Positions 59,135 to 64,000 of a stretch of DNA of 64,000 bases are shown one piece after another. The stretch spans positions 96,001 through 160,000 of the forward strand of contig CAWAMW010000017.1 in the NCBI GenBank assembly GCA_963783305.1, written 5' to 3'. The notes below the pieces were generated by a model, which saw only the letters and a list, made by a program, of their open reading frames with translations, searched no databases and was not told the origin of the DNA. Position 1 is the first letter of the stretch. Every line of letters begins with the position of its first letter. Origin of the DNA: an uncultured Gemmatimonadales bacterium. Lineage in GTDB: Bacteria > Gemmatimonadota > Gemmatimonadetes > Longimicrobiales > RSA9. A program made the position numbers and the translations under genes.

Positions 59135-59782
59135 TTCGAGCAGCGCCTTGTGCTCCAGAGCGAACCGGAGCAGCCGCTGCGGTCCCGTGAGGCCGAGCTT
59201 CCGCGAGATGTGAGACCGATGATGTTCGATGGTCTTGACGCTGTTGCCGAGGGATCGAGCGATCTGCGCGCTCGTGAGGCCCTGCGCGATGAGCTTCAGC
59301 ACGGCCTCCTCGGAGGGGGTCAGGTCGCCCAGTGCCATCACCTGGGAGGTCGCCATGTCCGCGTTCCGCTCGAGCAGGTCACCGGACATTGCCGGACTTA
59401 TGTACGGCCTTCCCGAGGCGACCATGTGCAGACATGCCACGATCTCGGCCACCGCGCTATCCTTCAGCACATATCCTTTCGTGCCCAGATCGAGCGCACG
59501 TCGGAAGATCCCCGGATCGCGGTGGAGGGTGAGGATGACCACTTTGGATCCCAGTTCCTCGTCACGAATCGCCTCTGCCACTTCCAGCCCGCTCCTCTTC
59601 GGCATCTCGAGGTCCAGAACGGCGATGTCCGGGCGGTGGAGACGCACGAGCTCGAGCGCGCTATCGCCCTCGCCCGCCGCTCCAACGATGTTGAAGGTGC
59701 CCTCGGGCTCGATGACCTCGGCTAGCCCCCTGCGAAAGAGGGGGTGGTCGTCCGCGGTCACGATAGTGGTGAGCCTCGTCAT
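59132..59782 (-). CDS. NarL/LuxR-family response regulator
   Basis: ADDHPLFRRG, LDLEMP, GYVLKD, LTPSEEAVLKLIAQGLTSAQIA..SVKTIEHHRSHI. Confidence 0.97.
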   Translation of the reverse strand: MTRLTTIVTADDHPLFRRGLAEVIEPEGTFNIVGAAGEGDSALELVRLHRPDIAVLDLEMPKRSGLEVAEAIRDEELGSKVVILTLHRDPGIFRRALDLGTKGYVLKDSAVAEIVACLHMVASGRPYISPAMSGDLLERNADMATSQVMALGDLTPSEEAVLKLIAQGLTSAQIARSLGNSVKTIEHHRSHISRKLGLTGPQRLLRFALEHKALLE

Positions 59783-62700
59783 GTGCCGCTCATCGCCGAG
59801 GCGGGGACGGAGAGCTCGACCCTGGTGCCGCGACCGGGCGCGCTTCGTACACGGAGGGTCCCCCCCAGGATACGGGCGCGCTCCGCCATGCCGGACAGAC
59901 CGAAGCCCCCGTCGCCGTGGTGGTGCGCGGCACGCTCCGACCGGAACCCGCGGCCCCTGTCGCGCACCGCCAGGTGGATCTCTGCCCCGTCTTGCCAGAC
60001 GCGCAGGGAGGCGGTGCGGGCGCCCGAGTGGCGGACCACGTTGTTCAATGCCTCCTGCACGATTCGGTAGAGATTGATCTCGCTCTCTTCCGGCATGAGT
60101 CCGTCGATCTCCTCGATCCTGGTGTCGAGGTCGATCCCGGATGTCGCAGCGAGGGCCTCCGCCATCGCGTGCAGTGCCGAGGAGAGCCCCAGGTGTCGCA
60201 GCTGGTGCGGCGTGAGGTCATGGACCAGCTCACGGATGCTCTCGAGGGCGCCACTCACGACATCGCAGATATGGTCGATCTGCTGTCTGACCTCGGGCTC
60301 CATGCCGGCGGAGCGCAGGGCGAGGAGCGCGCGGTTCCGCACGATCATGAGGTCCTGGCCGAGGCCATCGTGGAGCTCGGCCGCCAGTCGCAGGCGCTCG
60401 TGCTCCTGGCTCTCGATGAGACGGCGGGAGAACTGATCGGTGGCCTCTCGCTCCCGGCGCGCGGCGCCATCGCGCCGACGGACGAACCCTGCCAGGAGCA
60501 GCATCAAGCCGAGCCCCCCCGTCAATCGAGCCCACTTCGAGCTCCAGAAAGGAGGCACGACTCGGAGCTCCGTGGAGCTGGGCTTGCCCCACACACCATC
60601 GCGGTTCGCCGCACGAACCGTAAAACGGTAGGCGCCGGCGGGCAGTCGCGGATAGTAGGCAACCCTCCGTCTGCCCGCCTCGACCCAGCCGGCGTCGAAA
60701 CCTTCCAGCCGATAGCGAAAGGTGACATGCTCGGGAGCGGAGAGACTGAGGCCGGCATAGCGGAACTCGACATTGGGCCGCCCCTCACCGCGCATGGCGA
60801 CCTCCTCCAGCGGCTGTGACTCCCCATCGATGGTCACGCCCTCGACCCTCGCGGACGGCGCAGCCTCGACGCGTCGGCTCCGGGCCGGATCCACGACCGC
60901 CACGCCTTCCACCGTCGGGAACCAGAGGTGCCCACGCGGGTCCTTCCACGCCGCCGGCTGGAAGCCGCCGTTGGTCTCCGGATTCCGCAGGCCGTCACCC
61001 CGGCCGTACAGGACCGAGTGGACCCGCTCCAGCCGCCCTCCCACGAAATCCACCAACTCTCTTCTGGCCACACGGTAGATGCCGCGGTTGCCGCTCAACC
61101 AGAAATACCCCGCGTCGTCTTCCACGATAGCCGAAATCACATCGTCCGCGAGACCGTCCCGCCGGGTGATGGCGCTGAATACGCCATCGCGGAAATGGTT
61201 GATCCCGCCCCCGTACGTACCGATCCAAAAAGTGCCCTCATCATCCTCATGGATCGCACGGACGTGGCTCACCGACAGGCCGTCGCGCGTCGTGTAGGTA
61301 GTGAGCTGTCCGTCCGCCAGCCTGCTCAGCCCCCCCAGGGTACCGATCCAGAGCGCACCATCTCGGCTTTCGTAGATGGCGCGAACGCCGTCGTGGGGCA
61401 GGCCATCGGTCGTGGTGTAGATATGGCGGACGCTCCCATCTCGCACCTCCGCCAGGCCTCCGGTGCGCGTCCCCACCCACAGGGTTCCGTCACGACTCGT
61501 CAGCAGCGCGAGCACCACGCTGTCCGCGAGCTCCAGCGGGAGTTGGACCCGGAGCTCGCCCGTCGTCGGTAATTCACTCACCCCGCCCCCGTAGGAACCC
61601 TGCACTACGGAACCCGTGGGTCCCCTCCCCAGACTGAATACACACGGGTCGCCGTCCGGATCGGCGCGACTCCGAGGGTTCAAGGTGCGGACGGTTCGGC
61701 GCGATGGATCGATCTCATTTACTCCGCCACAGTTCGTCGCCACCCACAGGGTCCCGGCCGCGTCCCCGAATATCGCTGTCACCACATCGTGAGACAGACC
61801 GTGGGCCCGGGTGTAGGTGGTGAAAAGGTTTCGGCGAGTCCTGAGGAGACCGTTGGCGTTCGTTCCGAGCCACAGGTTCCCGTCGCTATCCATGTGCGCG
61901 GCCCGGACCCGGAATTCCTGCCGGCCGTTCGGCAGCGCGTACCGCCGGACCGGGGGACCGCTGCCATCCGGGCTAATGAAGAACAGTCCGTCATTAATGG
62001 TGCCCACCCAGTACCCGGACTCCTGGTCCTCCACGATGACCGACGGATTTGCGGGACCTTTGAACCTGCGCACACCGGTGCCGGAAACCCGCGCGGCGCC
62101 CAGCCGCAGACCCATCCACCGGCTGCCGCCGCTATCTTCGAGGAGCAACCGGCTCTCACCCTCGATCGGCGACAACCACCAGTGCCGGGCCGCCGGATCC
62201 CCGCCGGGAAGGACGAGCACTCGCCCCCCGAACACGTTCACCCACAGCGTGCCATCCGCGCCCTCGACAATGGACTCAACGAGCCCGAGAGGAGTGCCAT
62301 CCACGGAATCGAAGCGGCCGAGCTTCCCGTCGGCGTACCAGTTCAGATCGCCTTTGTAGGTGCCGAACCAGAGGACCCCGCGGCGATCGGTGTGCAGCGT
62401 CTGGACCTCGCCGTGAGTCAACCCCTCCCCCGTGGCGTACGTCTCATATGCGCCGGCCGCGCTCCGTCGTAGCAGCCCGTTCTCCGTACCGATCCAGAGC
62501 CCGCCGTCCGGGGTGGTGGCCAGCGACAGGATCCGATCCACTACCGGCCGACCGGCTGAATCCGTCCGCTCCACGCGGGAGAACGCGCTGCCATCGAATC
62601 GGGCCAGGCCGCCGAATGTGCCGATCCAGAGGTATCCGTCCGGGGTCTGGACGATGGCATTGACGGAGTTCTGGGGGAGACCGTCCTCCGTGGTCCACTG

Positions 62701-62820
62701 GTCGACAGCGAATTCGGGCGGCGGGATCAGTGGTCTCGACTGCTGCGCACCCAGCTCTGCCGTCGCTGACAGAACCAGGACTGCACTCATGCACCAGGGG
62801 GGGAGGGTGTGGTGAGCCAT
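59779..62820 (-). CDS. Sensor histidine kinase: two-component-regulator propeller + Y_Y_Y + HisKA_3
   Basis: WTTEDGLPQNSVNAIVQTPDGYLWIGT repeats, FRYRLEGFD, PPFW-TM, ERLRLAAELHDGLGQ, YRIVQEALNN, GFGLSGM. Confidence 0.97.
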   Translation of the reverse strand: MAHHTLPPWCMSAVLVLSATAELGAQQSRPLIPPPEFAVDQWTTEDGLPQNSVNAIVQTPDGYLWIGTFGGLARFDGSAFSRVERTDSAGRPVVDRILSLATTPDGGLWIGTENGLLRRSAAGAYETYATGEGLTHGEVQTLHTDRRGVLWFGTYKGDLNWYADGKLGRFDSVDGTPLGLVESIVEGADGTLWVNVFGGRVLVLPGGDPAARHWWLSPIEGESRLLLEDSGGSRWMGLRLGAARVSGTGVRRFKGPANPSVIVEDQESGYWVGTINDGLFFISPDGSGPPVRRYALPNGRQEFRVRAAHMDSDGNLWLGTNANGLLRTRRNLFTTYTRAHGLSHDVVTAIFGDAAGTLWVATNCGGVNEIDPSRRTVRTLNPRSRADPDGDPCVFSLGRGPTGSVVQGSYGGGVSELPTTGELRVQLPLELADSVVLALLTSRDGTLWVGTRTGGLAEVRDGSVRHIYTTTDGLPHDGVRAIYESRDGALWIGTLGGLSRLADGQLTTYTTRDGLSVSHVRAIHEDDEGTFWIGTYGGGINHFRDGVFSAITRRDGLADDVISAIVEDDAGYFWLSGNRGIYRVARRELVDFVGGRLERVHSVLYGRGDGLRNPETNGGFQPAAWKDPRGHLWFPTVEGVAVVDPARSRRVEAAPSARVEGVTIDGESQPLEEVAMRGEGRPNVEFRYAGLSLSAPEHVTFRYRLEGFDAGWVEAGRRRVAYYPRLPAGAYRFTVRAANRDGVWGKPSSTELRVVPPFWSSKWARLTGGLGLMLLLAGFVRRRDGAARREREATDQFSRRLIESQEHERLRLAAELHDGLGQDLMIVRNRALLALRSAGMEPEVRQQIDHICDVVSGALESIRELVHDLTPHQLRHLGLSSALHAMAEALAATSGIDLDTRIEEIDGLMPEESEINLYRIVQEALNNVVRHSGARTASLRVWQDGAEIHLAVRDRGRGFRSERAAHHHGDGGFGLSGMAERARILGGTLRVRSAPGRGTRVELSVPASAMSGT

Positions 62821-63001
62821 TACACCTAAAGGTGTATCCTGTCCGCCGTACCTACAACTATCGCGTGACTGCCGTCGCCAGCAGGACCCGTCCCCCCGGA
62901 ATTGGACGAGGCACGGGCCGCGCCGAAACGCGCGTCCCGTGCCCCGTCAGAAACCGTACGCCGGAAAACACGCCGAGAAGCGCGTTGCCCGACGCGCGCT
63001 C

Positions 63002-63448
63002 CTACCGGTCCGGCTTGGCCGGCTCGGAGATCTTCTCCACCGTCCGCTCCACTTCCTCGGCCGCCGAGTCCGGCATTTCCACCGCAAGGTCGGCCTGGGC
63101 GATGATGCCGATGATCCGGTCATCCTCCATCACGGGCACGCGCCGCACCTGACCGGCCTTCATCCGCTCCATGACAGTCTTCGTGTCATCGTCGGCGGTC
63201 ACGGTGTACAGGTTGCCCTTCGTCATCTCGTTGCCGACGCGGCACTCGCCCGTGTCGTGCCCTTCCGCAACGTGACGGGTGGCGATGTCCCGGTCGGTGA
63301 TCACGCCCCGAAGACGACGGCTGCTGGCGTCATCGACGACGGGCATCAGCCCGACATCCAGCTCGCGCATCCGCTGCGCCGCCTTCTGGACGGTGTCCTC
63401 CTCGGTGAGGCATTCCGGGTTCTCGGTCATGAGTTCGCGGGCCTTCAT
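63002..63448 (-). CDS. CBS-domain protein
   Basis: MKARELMT..DVGLMPVV..GVITDRDI..QVRRVPV..GIIAQADL; AGGA RBS. Confidence 0.93.
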   Translation of the reverse strand: MKARELMTENPECLTEEDTVQKAAQRMRELDVGLMPVVDDASSRRLRGVITDRDIATRHVAEGHDTGECRVGNEMTKGNLYTVTADDDTKTVMERMKAGQVRRVPVMEDDRIIGIIAQADLAVEMPDSAAEEVERTVEKISEPAKPDR

Positions 63449-63545
63449 ATCTTTCCTCCTACGCTCGTGTGGCGAGTCGATTCGGATCCATATAAGGTGC
63501 AATCGTCATGCCCGACGGGCGCCGGGATCCCGGCGCTACGGCTGC

Positions 63546-64000
63546 CTAGTACGCCGCGACTCCTGTAACGTCGTGTCCGAGAATGAGCGTGTGGATGTCG
63601 TGCGTGCCCTCGTACGTGTACACGCTCTCGAGGTTCGCCATGTGGCGCATGGCGGAGTACTCGATGAGGATGCCGTTAGCGCCGAGGAGGCGACGGGCCT
63701 CGCGGGCGGTCTCCGTAGCCATGTCCACCGTGGCGCGCTTGGCCAGCGACACCTGCTGTGGCCGCATCTTCCCGGCGTCCTTGAGGCGTCCCAGCTGGAG
63801 CGTGAGGAGCTGCGCCTGCGTGATGTCGGTGAGCATCTGCGCGAGCCGCGCCTGCTGGAGCTGCTTGCCGGCGATCGGCGTATCGCCGAACTGCACGCGC
63901 TGCTTCGAGTAGCTCAGCGCCTCATCATAGCAGGCCATGGCCGCGCCCACCGCGCCGAAGGCGATGCCGTAGCGGGCCTGGGTGAGGCACATGAGCGGGC
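63546..64000 (-). CDS. Acyl-CoA dehydrogenase, glutaryl-CoA dehydrogenase-like, 5' partial
   Basis: CLTQARYGIAFG, RVQFG, LGANGI..Y..MRHMANLESVYTYEGTHDIHTLILG. Confidence 0.9.
   Translation of the reverse strand, partial: PLMCLTQARYGIAFGAVGAAMACYDEALSYSKQRVQFGDTPIAGKQLQQARLAQMLTDITQAQLLTLQLGRLKDAGKMRPQQVSLAKRATVDMATETAREARRLLGANGILIEYSAMRHMANLESVYTYEGTHDIHTLILGHDVTGVAAY

Overview
High-GC bacterial window. The gene repertoire (SusC/SusD pairs, ADOP permease, DUF885, DUF5916, VPS10-like hydrolase) suggests Gemmatimonadota; this is an inference. From left to right: (1) a partial VPS10/BNR-type hydrolase gene. (2) An intact GntR-controlled SusC/SusD locus whose cargo is peptidases plus a Na+:solute symporter (2.1-15.2 kb). 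(3) A ~29.2 kb decaying genomic island integrated in tRNA-Arg(CCG), bounded by an exact 47-bp direct repeat (15585-15631 = 44790-44836). It carries a LytS/LytTR pair, an ADOP permease, a second damaged SusC/SusD locus and many gene fragments, but no intact integrase. (4) A tRNA-Arg(ACG)-rnpB-tRNA-Arg(CCG) unit in which the leader of the last tRNA is complementary to that tRNA's own 5' end. (5) An Ig/PPC lipoprotein and a symporter. (6) A translationally coupled operon (49.1-59.0 kb) behind a propeller-sensor/NarL two-component system. It encodes a TANFOR-like secreted protein, a paralogous beta-rich/coiled-coil protein, a probable outer-membrane barrel and a 7-repeat invasin-like lipoprotein, and is the best candidate for an undescribed cell-surface system. 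(7) CBS-domain and acyl-CoA dehydrogenase genes. All family assignments come from motifs recognised by eye, not database searches.
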